NCBI GenBank assembly: GCA_964016885.1
Contig: OZ024757.1
Span: forward strand, 19,034,001 to 19,098,000
DNA from: Eledone cirrhosa
Taxonomy: Eukaryota
Reading direction: 5' to 3'
DNA: 64,000 nt
Shown here: positions 51,514 through 64,000 of the stretch, one piece after another
How the letters are laid out: each line of letters begins with the position of its first letter
Numbering within the stretch: the stretch's first letter is position 1
Made by a program: the position numbers and the translations under genes
The notes under the pieces: generated by a model
Told to the model about the DNA's origin: nothing
The model's input: only the letters and a program-made list of their open reading frames with translations
Databases searched by the model: none

Positions 51514-52035
51514 TCATCATCATCGTTTAACGTCCATCTTCCACGCTTGCATGGGTTTAGACGGGAGTTTTCCCACTTGAGGCAAGACTGGTTGTCCTGC
51601 TCGCATAGGACTGTCTGGCGGGTTTTCTACAGCTGGATGCCCTTCCTAACACCAACCACATTTACAGTGTGGAACTGGGAGGTTTTTACCGTGTTACCTA
51701 CACGGCCACATTACAGCGTGGACTGTGTTTTTTTTGTCGTGACACCTACACGACCTCATTTATTTCGGGCTGGATGTTGTGGTACCAACATAACTTTACA
51801 TTTAAGGGGGTGGTGTGGATGGGGTGGGGGTAGTGGGACGGGGGGTGTGTATTTTGTTAGAGGTGCCTACTGACTGTAGGTTTCGCTTTGTACTTAGGCA
51901 AGGTGGGTCTTCTGTATTACTGTGTAGCGCCAAAGATCTCGGTCCAGTGACATTGTCTTGGAGAGGTGTAAGTGTGTGAGGTCGGAATTTATCAAGTCGT
52001 CCCAGGTTTTTCTGGGTCTGCCTACTCCATGGCTA

Positions 52036-52037
<2 letters not shown>
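51514..52037 (-). mobile_element. RTE LINE 3' end
   Basis: [20 protein letters not shown]... plus 3' UTR; an inverted partner lies at 52258-52458. Confidence 0.9.
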
Positions 52038-52082
<45 letters not shown>

Positions 52083-52098
52083 CACACACACACACATG

Positions 52099-52170
<72 letters not shown>

Positions 52171-52257
52171 GATAGATATATATACATACACACACACACA
52201 TATATATATACACACACACATATATATATACATGTGTATATATATATATATATATAT

Positions 52258-52458
52258 GTAGGCAACACGGTAAAAACCTCCCAGTCCCACACTGTAAATG
52301 TGGTTGGTGTTAGGAAGGGCATCCAGCCGTAGAAAACCCGCCAGGCAGTCCTATGCAAGCAAGACAACCACTCTTGCCTCAAGTGGGAAAACTCCCGCCC
52401 AGACCCATGCAAGCGTGGAATATAGACGTTAAACGATGATGATGATGACGATGATGAT
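52258..52458 (+). mobile_element. RTE 3' UTR fragment
   Basis: Reverse complement of ~51514-51702; (GAT)n tail. Confidence 0.85.
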
Positions 52459-52481
52459 ACAATGATATTGGTACACTTTGT

Positions 52482-52543
52482 ATTTTATCTGATGAAAGCG
52501 CACCAAGATTGGCTTTGTACCCTTGAAATATATATAATAGAAT
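52482..52543 (+). ncRNA. Type I hammerhead ribozyme motif, family A
   Basis: ATTTTAT-CTGATGA-AAGCGCAC...GTACCCTT-GAA-ATATATAT-A-ATAGAAT. Confidence 0.7.
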
Positions 52544-52751
52544 AAATATGTTTTTATAAATATAGTTTCCATTTATTTAATATCATTGTACATTTACTCC
52601 AGGATTTGTTGTTGAGTGCTCTAAACCAGTTATAAACATTTATGTTTGTCGGACTTCCAACAAATTAAATACAACTTCTACTTATATATATATATATATA
52701 TATATATTAAGAAAGTAAAACAAAGAAGCCTTCAATACATCAAAAGTCTTT

Positions 52752-52797
52752 ATTAGCCGACAATGTTTCGTCCTATTAAGGACTCATCAGGGCAATT
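52752..52797 (-). ncRNA. Canonical minimal type I hammerhead ribozyme, family E
   Basis: Minus ATTGCC-CTGATGA-GTCCT-TAAT-AGGAC-GAAAC-ATT-GTC-GGCTAAT, overlapping AATAAA. All core nucleotides intact, GUC triplet. Confidence 0.85.
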
Positions 52798-53451
52798 AAA
52801 ACAACAAGAAGTATTATCGGCCAATACAAGCCGGAAACTCCGAAGAATATGGAGTGTACATAATTTTTACTGTCATTTCTATAATACGAAGAAGGTGTTT
52901 AACTCCAACATGCTCCAGTATTTTAACCCTTATATATATATATATATATATATGTATGTACATCATCATCATCATCATCATCGTTTAACGTCCATCTTCC
53001 ATGCTTGCATGGGTTTGGACAGGAGTTTTCCCACGTGAAGCAAGATTGTACTACATATATATATATATTATAGTACATATATATATATATATATAGAAAA
53101 GGGGCCTAAAATGATGATGACACACACACACACAGACACACACACACATATTGTGTGTGTGTGTCTGTGTATATATATATAATTGATAGATAGATAAATG
53201 CTTCTACTTTAGGCACAAGGCTAGCAATTACTCCCCCAGTGTATTACTGGTACTTTATTTTATCGACCCCGTAAGGATGAAAGGCAAAGTTAACCTCGGC
53301 GGGATTTAGATAATGATGAATGTTTAAGGCTATCTACAGACAGACAATGATATATATATACACGCATATATACATACATACACATACATATACATACATA
53401 TATAGATACATATACATACATATATATGTGTGTGTGTATATATATGTATAT

Positions 53452-53503
<52 letters not shown>

Positions 53504-53536
53504 GCATATATACATACACATACATATACATACATA

Positions 53537-53593
<57 letters not shown>

Positions 53594-53724
53594 TTATATA
53601 TGTGTATATATATATATGTGTGTGTATATATATATATATATATACTTATATATGTGTATATATATATATATATATGTGTGTGTATTTATGTGTATATATA
53701 TATATATATATATGTGTGTGTATT

Positions 53725-53817
<93 letters not shown>

Positions 53818-53818
53818 T

Positions 53819-53851
<33 letters not shown>

Positions 53852-53854
53852 TTA

Positions 53855-53895
<41 letters not shown>

Positions 53896-53945
53896 CTTGT
53901 GTTTATATATATATATGTGTGTGTATATATATATATATATACTTA

Positions 53946-53977
<32 letters not shown>

Positions 53978-54011
53978 CTTATATATGTGTATATATATAT
54001 ATATATACTTA

Positions 54012-54064
<53 letters not shown>

Positions 54065-55393
54065 ATATGTAAATAGATGTAGATCTCTGGATACCCCCCT
54101 CACTCCCTTCCCCAGTTGTATTTTCATTATCACTCCTCATGAATGATCTGGGTGGGGGTGGTGGTGAGGTGGTATGAGGGTGGCAGAAGTGGTGGGGGTG
54201 GGGGGTAGTGAGGTGGTATGAGGGTGGCAGAAGTGGTGGGGGTGGGGGGTAGTGAGGTGGTATGAGGGTGGCAGAAGTGGTGGGGTGGGGGGTAGTGAGG
54301 TGGTATGAGGGTGGCAGCGGTGGTGGGGGTGGCAGTGGTGGTGGGGGTGACAGTGGTGGTGGGGGTGGGGTGGTGAGGGTGGGTGACTGACAGACACACA
54401 CTGACTTGTAAGCCACCTCCACTACTACTACTACTACCACCAGTACTACCACTAATACTATCACCACCTTTAACACTACCACCAACACCAACTTCAATAC
54501 TATCACCACCACCTCCACTATTACTACTACCACTATTATCACCAACACCACTACTACTACTACCACTACTATTACCAATACTATCAACACCATTACCACT
54601 ATTACTACCACCACCACTACTATCACCATCACTACCACTACTATCGCCACCACTACACCACCAACCACCACTACCACCACTACCACCACCTCCACTACAC
54701 CACCTCCACTACACCACCACCATCACCACCACTACACCACCACCACCATCACCACCACTACACCACCACCACTACACCACTACCACCACCACCACTACTA
54801 CCACCACCACTACCACCACTACTATCACCATCACTACCACTACTATCGCCACCACTACACCACTACCACCACCACCACTACACCACCACCACCATCACTA
54901 CACCACTACCACCACCACCACTACTACCACCACCACCACTACCACCACTACTACCACCACCACTACCACCACTACTACCATCAACACCATTACACCACCA
55001 CCACCACCACCACCACTACCACCACACCACCACCACCACTACACCACCACCATCACCACCACTACACCACCACCACTACACCACCACCACCACCACCACC
55101 ACTACTACCACCACCACTACCACCACCACCACTACTACCATCAACACCATTACACCACCACCACCACCGCCACTACACCATCACCATCTATTTTACCTCT
55201 CTGCCCACCATTTCCTATACCTCCCACTCTCCCTCCTCTTCACCCCCCCTCCCCCTCCCCTCCTCTCTGCTACTACTTACTGATGCACTGCAGACAGGCA
55301 GTCAGCCAAACAGCCAGTCAGTCAATCACCTCCTCCTCCTCTTCACCTCCTCCCCCTCACAACCACCACCTCCTCCTTCTCCTCCTGTTGTAT

Positions 55394-55457
<64 letters not shown>

Positions 55458-55588
55458 ATTCTACTACAGCATTTTGTCCTGTGATATGTAGTAGAATCAA
55501 ATCAGCCAGTTACACTGACATACACATATCTACACACATACACACACACACATGCACATATATATACACATAGACATACATACACTGC

Positions 55589-55620
<32 letters not shown>

Positions 55621-55630
55621 TACATATACT

Positions 55631-55671
<41 letters not shown>

Positions 55672-55723
55672 GCATATATATATATACATACTTACACACC
55701 CACACTAACACTTACTGTTGACT

Positions 55724-55767
<44 letters not shown>

Positions 55768-56030
55768 TCGTATATATATATATATATATATACATTCGTA
55801 TACATATATATTTACACACACAGTTACATAAATAAATATATATATATATATGCATGCACACACATTTTCATATATATTTACACACTCACAGTTATCATCA
55901 TCATCGTTTAACGTCCGTGTTCCACGCTTGCATGGGTTTGGACGGGGGTTTTCCCACTTGAGGCAAGAGTGGTTGTCTTGCTCGCATAGGACTGTCTGGC
56001 AGGTTTTCTACAGTTGGATGCCCTTCCTAG

Positions 56031-56063
<33 letters not shown>

Positions 56064-56107
56064 AAAAGAGTCAGGACCCCGACAGCTGAGCTCTGGCCAT
56101 TTAAACA

Positions 56108-56159
<52 letters not shown>

Positions 56160-56249
56160 TGAAAAATTGAACGGGAACAGAACAGAGAAGCAGTACGAAC
56201 AAAGGTTTATTAGTTTCACGCTCTTGAGAGTGGGGTGGTGGTGGGGAAC

Positions 56250-56284
56250 GCCGTTTCGGGCATAAGCCCTTCTTCAGGTGAAAA
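56250..56284 (-). ncRNA. Family G hammerhead-like motif (copy 2)
   Basis: Minus CTGAAGA-A-GGGC-TTAT-GCCC-GAAAC-GGC; cleavage triplet mutated. Confidence 0.5.
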
Positions 56285-56400
56285 GTGTGTGGAAGGAGAG
56301 TTCAAAGGGTGTGTAGGGGAGTGGTGGAGAGACATATAGCAAAAAGGGGGTATATATATATTAAAATATTAATAAAATAGATGTTCTTTTGATCAATTAC

Positions 56401-56453
56401 ATTTTATTATACATATTTCGGATGTACAACAGTACGTCCTCATCAGACAAAAT
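56401..56453 (-). ncRNA. Type I hammerhead ribozyme motif, family D (left arm)
   Basis: Exact reverse complement of 56556-56608. Confidence 0.8.
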
Positions 56454-56555
56454 ATAATGATACATGACATACCCTGAGATGTTAAATGGTTAAGATTTAC
56501 TACCTTGATTAAATCTTAACTATTTAGCATCTCAGGGTATGTCATGTATCATTAT

Positions 56556-56608
56556 ATTTTGTCTGATGAGGACGTACTGTTGTACATCCGAAATATGTAT
56601 AATAAAAT
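56556..56608 (+). ncRNA. Type I hammerhead ribozyme motif, family D (right arm)
   Basis: ATTTTGT-CTGATGA-GGACGTAC-TGTT-GTACATCC-GAA-ATATGTAT-A-ATAAAAT; G-C closes stem II, AUA triplet. Confidence 0.8.
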
Positions 56609-57020
56609 GTAATTGACCAAAAGAACATCTATTTTATTAATACTTATATTTTAATATTAATAACTCCAGAAAATTAATTTGCCGTAGAGTGCTTCCAATC
56701 TATTGTAAAACTCATTCTTTGATATAATCATTGAATATTGTTTAACACTTTAATATATATATAATATATATATATTTATTAAAATAACAGATTAAAGTTT
56801 AAGCAAAGAATCGCTGCTTTCACCCTTGACATATATATATATATAGCTTTATCCTTGGGTGATTTCTCCTGAATGAAACAGTTCTAGTCCTGTAGAAGCC
56901 TTTCTATATTAAATATATACATATATATACCTATATATATATATATCTATATATATATATCTATATATATATATATATACCTATATATATATATATATAT
57001 ATACCTATATATATATATAT

Positions 57021-57067
<47 letters not shown>

Positions 57068-57126
57068 GATAAATCTACCAATTATATGCATACCAATTAT
57101 AACACATATATATAATGGAGGCACAT

Positions 57127-57470
57127 GGAGGCACATGGCTTAGTGGTTAGAGCATTGGCCTTGCAATCGAAAGGTTGTGAGTTCAATTCTCAGACCGGGT
57201 GATGTGTTGTTTCCTTGAGCAAGACACTTTATTTCACATTGCTCCAGTTTACTCAGCTGTAGAAATGAGATGATAGGGACTGGGGTCCCTATCATTCCAC
57301 TGCAAAGTGGTCGTGGAGGTGCCACGGCAAAAAAGCACCCAGCACTCACTGTAAATGAGGTTGGTGTTAGGAAGGGCATCCAGCTGTAGAAATCAAGCCA
57401 GAATCAGTTCCCGTCCCACCCTTGCAAGCAGGGAAAAGTGGACGTAAAATGAAATGATGATGATGATGAT
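57127..57470 (+). mobile_element. SINE type 1 inserted in a family C hammerhead element
   Basis: Full SINE; flanks carry ACACATATATA and the CCTAGAAACGATCGTTAAAT 3' half at ~57537-57557. Confidence 0.9.
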
Positions 57471-57645
57471 ATACCCTAGATTATAACACATATATACCCT
57501 ATATATGTGTTATACCCAATTATAACACATATATACCCTAGAAACGATCGTTAAATAGTGAACTTTTTTTGTTTAATATAAGGAATTGTTTGTTCATTAT
57601 TTGTTTAATATTTTATATATATATATATATATATACCTATATACC

Positions 57646-57712
<67 letters not shown>

Positions 57713-58384
57713 ATATATATATATATATATACCTATATATATATATATATATATATACCTATATATATATATATATATATATCTATATATATATATATAT
57801 CTATATATCTATATATCTATATATATATATCTATATATCTATATATATATATATATATACCTATATATATACCTATCTATATATATATATACCTATCTAT
57901 ATCTATATATATATATACATATATATATCTATATATATATATATAATATATATATACACCTATATACACCTATATATACACACTAACCAGGTGATCATTG
58001 CTTTTCATCATCATCATCACCATCATCATAAATATGCTATGAAAAAAAATCACAATGCATTGGCTACTTCAGCTGTTTCTCTCCCACTTCTCCCCTTCTC
58101 TCTCCCCTTCTCTCTCCCCTTCTCTCTCTCTCTATTCTCCCCTCTCACTTTATTTGTCTGCCGCCCCCCCCCCCTTTCTCTGCCTGTCTTCCTCTCCTCT
58201 CTCCTCCTGCTCTCTCTCTTTCTCTCACTCTTTTTTCCTGTTGTTCCCCTTGTCTCTCTCTCCATCCCTCTCACTCTCTTTATCTTCCTCTCCCTCACCT
58301 CTCCTACTCTTACTATCCTCTCTTGCCCCCTTTCTCTCTCTCTATCCCTCTCACCTCTTTCTCTCTCTCCATCCCTCTAACTCT

Positions 58385-58419
<35 letters not shown>

Positions 58420-58478
58420 TCCACTCTTTTCCCTCTAAAAAAAAAACCCACCAAATTATATACACAAGAAAACACACA

Positions 58479-58512
<34 letters not shown>

Positions 58513-58551
58513 CATACATATATACATACACTGGAGAGAGGGTGATAGTGG

Positions 58552-58598
<47 letters not shown>

Positions 58599-59249
58599 GA
58601 GAGGAGCTGATGGTGGTTGTACACACATACATACGCATATGCTGGAGAGGAGGTGATAGTTGTACATATACACACACACACACATACACAGGAGTGGAGG
58701 TAATAGTAGTACATACATACACGCACGCACACACACACACACACATACACACTTGAAAGGAGGTGATAGTGGTAAACACATATACACACACATATATACA
58801 CATACATACACACACGCACACATAAACACTTGAAAGGATGTGATAGTGGTAAACACATATAGACACACATACATACACATACACTCACTCACACACACAT
58901 ACACACTTGAACGGAGGCGATAGTGGTAAACACATATACACACATACACTCACTCACACATACATACACATACATATACATACACTCACTCACACACGCT
59001 GGAGTGAAGGTAATAGTGGTGGTTGTACCAACGACTACATACACAGCAATTAATAAACGGCAATCAACACCAACAACAACACCAACAACACCAACAACAA
59101 CAACACCAACAGCAACAACACCAACAACAACAAATGTTATTACTATTAACAAGATTGCAAAGCATTACCAAGAAGTACAACTAACTGTCATCAGCGAAGA
59201 AATTAAGGATTATATATACACATATATATACATAAAAATATATACATAT

Positions 59250-59281
<32 letters not shown>

Positions 59282-59447
59282 GTATATATATTTAAAAACA
59301 AAAAAAAAAAAGCAAAAAAAAAAAAAAATAACCAGGCAAAATCCCTTGGGGGTTGGGGGAAAAAAAAGCCCCCCCAAAAAAACCTCCCGCGAAATATTTT
59401 TCATGTTTTCGGAATATACAACTGTTACTGTTGATCCACGCTAATTA

Positions 59448-59482
<35 letters not shown>

Positions 59483-59483
<1 letters not shown>

Positions 59484-59823
59484 TGTTTCTACTTTTGGCA
59501 CAAGGCCAGCAATTACCCCCAGTGTATTACTGGTACTTTATTTTATCGACTGTATTACTGGTAATTTTATTTTTTATCAACATAATTTAAATAATTGTTT
59601 CTACTTTTGGCACAAGGCAAGCAATTACCCCCAGTGTATTACTGGTACTTTCTTATATCGACTGTATTACTGGTAATTTTATTTTTTATCGACATAATTT
59701 AAATAATTGTTTCTAACTTTTGGCACGAGGCCAGCAATTACCCCCCCAGTGCATTACTGGTACTTTATTTTATCGACCCCCGTCAGGATGAAAGGCAAAG
59801 TTAACCACGACAGGATTTGAACT
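59483..59823 (-). mobile_element. SINE type 2 3' portion, tandemly triplicated
   Basis: Three TTGTTTCTACTTTTGGCAC...TACTGGTACTT blocks next to (AAT)n. Confidence 0.75.
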
Positions 59824-59916
59824 AATAATAATAATAATAATAATTAATAATATTATTTTTATTGTTATTATTGTTTGTGTCAACCCTTGTGGTTAATAAA
59901 GAAATCATCATCATTG

Positions 59917-59947
<31 letters not shown>

Positions 59948-60195
59948 CTTTATCATTAATGGGATTGTGAATGATTTACAAGTATGTGCAACTAGCTGAA
60001 ATCTGTGAAGGATTTGAATGAAAAAAAAAAAAAATATGTGTGATTTCTACCGAACATATGATGATTTCTACTGAATGAAACAGTTCTAGTCCTGTAGAAG
60101 CTATTTCTATATTAAATATTTATACTCTGCTATGCATTGAGTACTTCGCTTACTGTGGTTACCTCCGATTGAATACCAGGATAAACTTATCTATA

Positions 60196-60272
<77 letters not shown>

Positions 60273-60609
60273 CTGTTTAATTACATTGAGCTATATCTTA
60301 TACTGTCATTTCTATAATATGAAGAGGGTGTTTAACTCCAACACACTCTAGTATATATATATATATATATCATCTTCATTTAACAAACAGCAGCAGCAAC
60401 AACACCAACACTAATAACAGGGGGGGGAAAAAAAAAAAAATAACCCCCCTCAAAAAAAAAAAAAACCCTCTCTCTCTCTCTCTCTCTCTCTCCAAAAATC
60501 CTTTAAAAAAAAAACCCCTTTGCCCGAACCTACACCCCCCCCCCCTAATAATTTATATGTTTGGAATCTACCATTGGCATCGTCATCGAAGGAGAGAGGA
60601 AGAATTGTC

Positions 60610-60710
60610 ATGGATGTTGAAAGTAGCAGTTTTGGTTTGGAACAAATAAATAACGGTTCCATAGAGTTGGATGAACACGATGGAAATATGCATCCTTCTC
60701 AATCAGCAAC
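60610..60710 (+). CDS. Candidate alternative first coding exon of the same RasGAP gene
   Basis: Unique-sequence island among microsatellites. gtcATGg start context, open frame [33 protein letters not shown](T), strong donor ac|gtaaga at 60711. Ends in phase 2 like exon 31442-31545. No homology recognised. Confidence 0.45.
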
Positions 60711-60721
60711 GTAAGATTCTC

Positions 60722-61225
60722 TTCATCTATATATCTATCTATATATCTATCTATATATCTATATATATATGTCTATCTGTCTGTCTATATATTTATTTAT
60801 ATATCTATATATATCTATCTATATATATATGTGTGTCTATCTGTCTATATATTTATTTATATATATATCTATCTCTATATATATATATGTCTATCTATAT
60901 ATATCTATATATATATGTCTGTCTATCTATATATATCTATATATATATATATGTCTATCTGTCTATATATATATGTCTATATGTCTGTCTATATATATAT
61001 GTCTATCTGTCTATATATTTATTTATATATATATCTATCTATCTATATATATATATATATGTCTATCTATATATATCTATATATATATGTCTATCTGTCT
61101 ATATATATATGTCTAAATGTCTGTCTATATATATATATATATATATATGTCTATCTATCTATATATATATGCCTATCTGTCTATATATATATGTCTATCT
61201 GTCTATATATATATGTCTATATGTC

Positions 61226-61265
<40 letters not shown>

Positions 61266-61646
61266 TATCTGTCTGTCTATATCTATCTATCTATATATGT
61301 CTATCTGTCTGTCTATATATATATATTTATATATATATATGTCTATCTGTCTGTCTATATCTATCTATATATGTCTATCTGTTTGTCTATATATCTATAT
61401 ATATATATATATGTCTATCTGTCTGTCTATAAATATATATATATCTATATATATATGTCTATCTGTCTGTCTATATATATATATATATCTATCTATATGT
61501 CTATCTGTCGTCTATATATATATCTATATATATATATATGTCTGTCTGTCTATATATCTATATATATATATATATATGTCTATCTGTCTGTCTATATATC
61601 TCTATATCTATCTATCTGTCTGTCTATATATCTATCTATCTATCTA

Positions 61647-61687
<41 letters not shown>

Positions 61688-61784
61688 CTAGCTGTCTATT
61701 TATCTATCTGTATATATCTATATATATCTGTCTGTCTGTCTATGTCTATCCATCCATTCATTTATCTATCTCTCTATCTTTCTA

Positions 61785-61832
<48 letters not shown>

Positions 61833-61875
61833 CATACATATATATACACACACATACATGTATCTATCTATCTAC
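60722..61875. repeat. (TA)/(TCTA)/(TGTC) compound microsatellite
   Basis: Directly visible. Confidence 0.9.
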
Positions 61876-61889
61876 ATATGTCTCTCTGC

Positions 61890-62256
61890 CCAGAATCAGA
61901 GTGGAGAGAGAGAGAGAGAGAGAGAGGCACTGCACCCCAGTAAATTTACTGAAAGGTGGGTGAATGTGGCAAAAATGGCCCGAGTGATTGAGCCTTCTCT
62001 GTATATAAACCTGTAGGTTGAAGAAGAGAGCAAAAGGAAGAAGGGAGCACTTGCACAACACGCTCCTGGAGTTGAGGGTTGTTCTGTCTACGGGGTATTA
62101 AACAACCCATTTGTGACGCCTCACCCCTATTGGGGATTTCAATTGTTATAATTGTTTGTTTGTTTCGATATTTTTACACGACTGTATGTAAAATCCCCGG
62201 CATGTGTCTTTGTATTGTCCCCTTTTCTTGTGCGCCCTTGTGGCAAATAAAGAAAT
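61890..62256 (+). mobile_element. L1/Tx1-like LINE 3' end
   Basis: RIRVERE...[29 protein letters not shown] then 3' UTR ending AATAAAGAAA-(TCTA)n. Confidence 0.55.
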
Positions 62257-62267
62257 CTATCTATCTA

Positions 62268-62325
<58 letters not shown>

Positions 62326-62511
62326 TGTCTATCTATCTATCCATATAACTTTTAATTTGCATTTGTGATAATATTTTACACGTTTTTATTGTATGTAAAC
62401 TCCCCCCACTTTGTAATTGTCCCCTTCTTTTGTGCCGCTGTGGCTAATAAAGAAACATATCTGATGATGATGATGATCTATCTCTCTTTCTACCTAGCTG
62501 TTAGTCTATAT

Positions 62512-62543
<32 letters not shown>

Positions 62544-62638
62544 CCATATATATTTTTCTCTATCTAGTTGCCGATCTGTCTATTTGTATTTCTATTCAGT
62601 TTTAGTATATGCATACATGTGTATATGCATACATATAT

Positions 62639-62784
<146 letters not shown>

Positions 62785-62819
62785 GTATGCATGTGTGCAT
62801 GTATGTTTAAATGAATGTA

Positions 62820-64000
62820 TGTATGTATGAATGTATGTATGCATGTGTATAAACATGTATGTCTGTAAATGTGTATGTATGTACGCATCTATGTATGTAT
62901 GCATGTATATATCTATGTATGTATATATATCTATTTATGTATATATCTATGCATCTATGTATGTATGCATCTATGTATGTATATATCTATGTATGTATAT
63001 ACCTATGTATGTATATACCTATGTATGTATATACCTATGTATGTATATATCTATGTATGTATACATCTACATATGTATATATCTACATATGTATATATCT
63101 ATGTATGTATATATCTACATATGTATATATCTATGTATGTATATATCTACATATGTATATATCAATGTATATATATATCTATGTATGTATATATCTATGT
63201 ATGTATATATCTATGTATGTATATATCTACATATGTATATATCTATGTATGTATATATCTATGTATGTATATATCTACATATGTATATATCTATGTATGT
63301 ATATATCTATGTATGTATACATCTACATATGTATATATCTACGTATGTATATATCTACATATGTATATATCTATGTATGTATATATATCTATGAATGTAT
63401 ATATCTACATATGTATATATATATCTATGTATGTATATATCTATGTATGTATATATCTACATATGTATATATCTATGTATGTATATATCTACATATGTAT
63501 ATATCTATGTATGTATATATCTATGTATGTATATATCTATGTATGTATATATCTATGTATGTATATATCTATGTATGTATACATCTACATATGTATATAT
63601 CTACGTATGTATATATCTACATATGTATATATCTATGTATGTATATATCTACATATGTATATATCTACATATGTATATATCTATGTATGTATATATCTAC
63701 ATATGTATATATCAATGTATATATATATCTATGTATGTATATATCTATGTATGTATATATCTATGTATGTATATATCTACATATGTATATATCTATGTAT
63801 GTATATATCTATGTATGTATATATCTATGTATGTATACATCTACATATGTATATATCTACGTATGTATATATCTACATATGTATATATCTATGTATGTAT
63901 ATATATCTATGAATGTATATATCTACATATGTATATATATATCTATGTATGTATATATCTATGTATGTATATATCTACATATGTATATATCTATGTATGT
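62820..64000. repeat. 18-bp minisatellite (ATGTATGTATATATCT-like) with variants
   Basis: Directly visible to the window end. Confidence 0.9.

Larger units (their letters stand above)
56367..56642. repeat. 276-bp palindrome (133-bp arms, 10-nt loop) carrying two hammerheads
   Basis: 56367-56499 is the reverse complement of 56510-56642 with very few mismatches. Confidence 0.95.

Overview
Eukaryotic, AT-rich, extremely microsatellite- and transposon-dense DNA. The SINE/LINE complement and (TA)n/(CA)n/(CAT)n load strongly suggest an octopod cephalopod (inference). The window appears to be almost entirely intron of one large + strand gene. The one confident exon (31442-31545, HFFTKKGLRTNLKRTKSVTKLDRKRS) carries the N-terminal motif of the raskol/DAB2IP/RASAL2/SynGAP RasGAP family. 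A phase-compatible candidate alternative first exon lies at 60610-60710. The rest is RTE, CR1-like and L1/Tx1-like LINE fragments, three tRNA-derived SINE types, piggyBac- and Tc1/mariner-type MITEs, and at least six tandem arrays each amplified from a piece of a transposon. The most striking unannotated signal is about 15 hammerhead ribozyme (type I) motifs from roughly seven sequence families. They sit in short non-coding elements embedded in (TA)n, with palindromic stem III and inverted end duplications, as in Penelope-like element/retrozyme relics. They include a family with a ~115-nt stem II, a 276-bp palindrome carrying one hammerhead on each strand, and a hairpin family that looks like a hammerhead whose CUGAUGA strand was overwritten into a near-perfect inverted repeat. 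All folds were paired by eye and no searches were run. Nearly all long ORFs in the supplied track are repeat artefacts.
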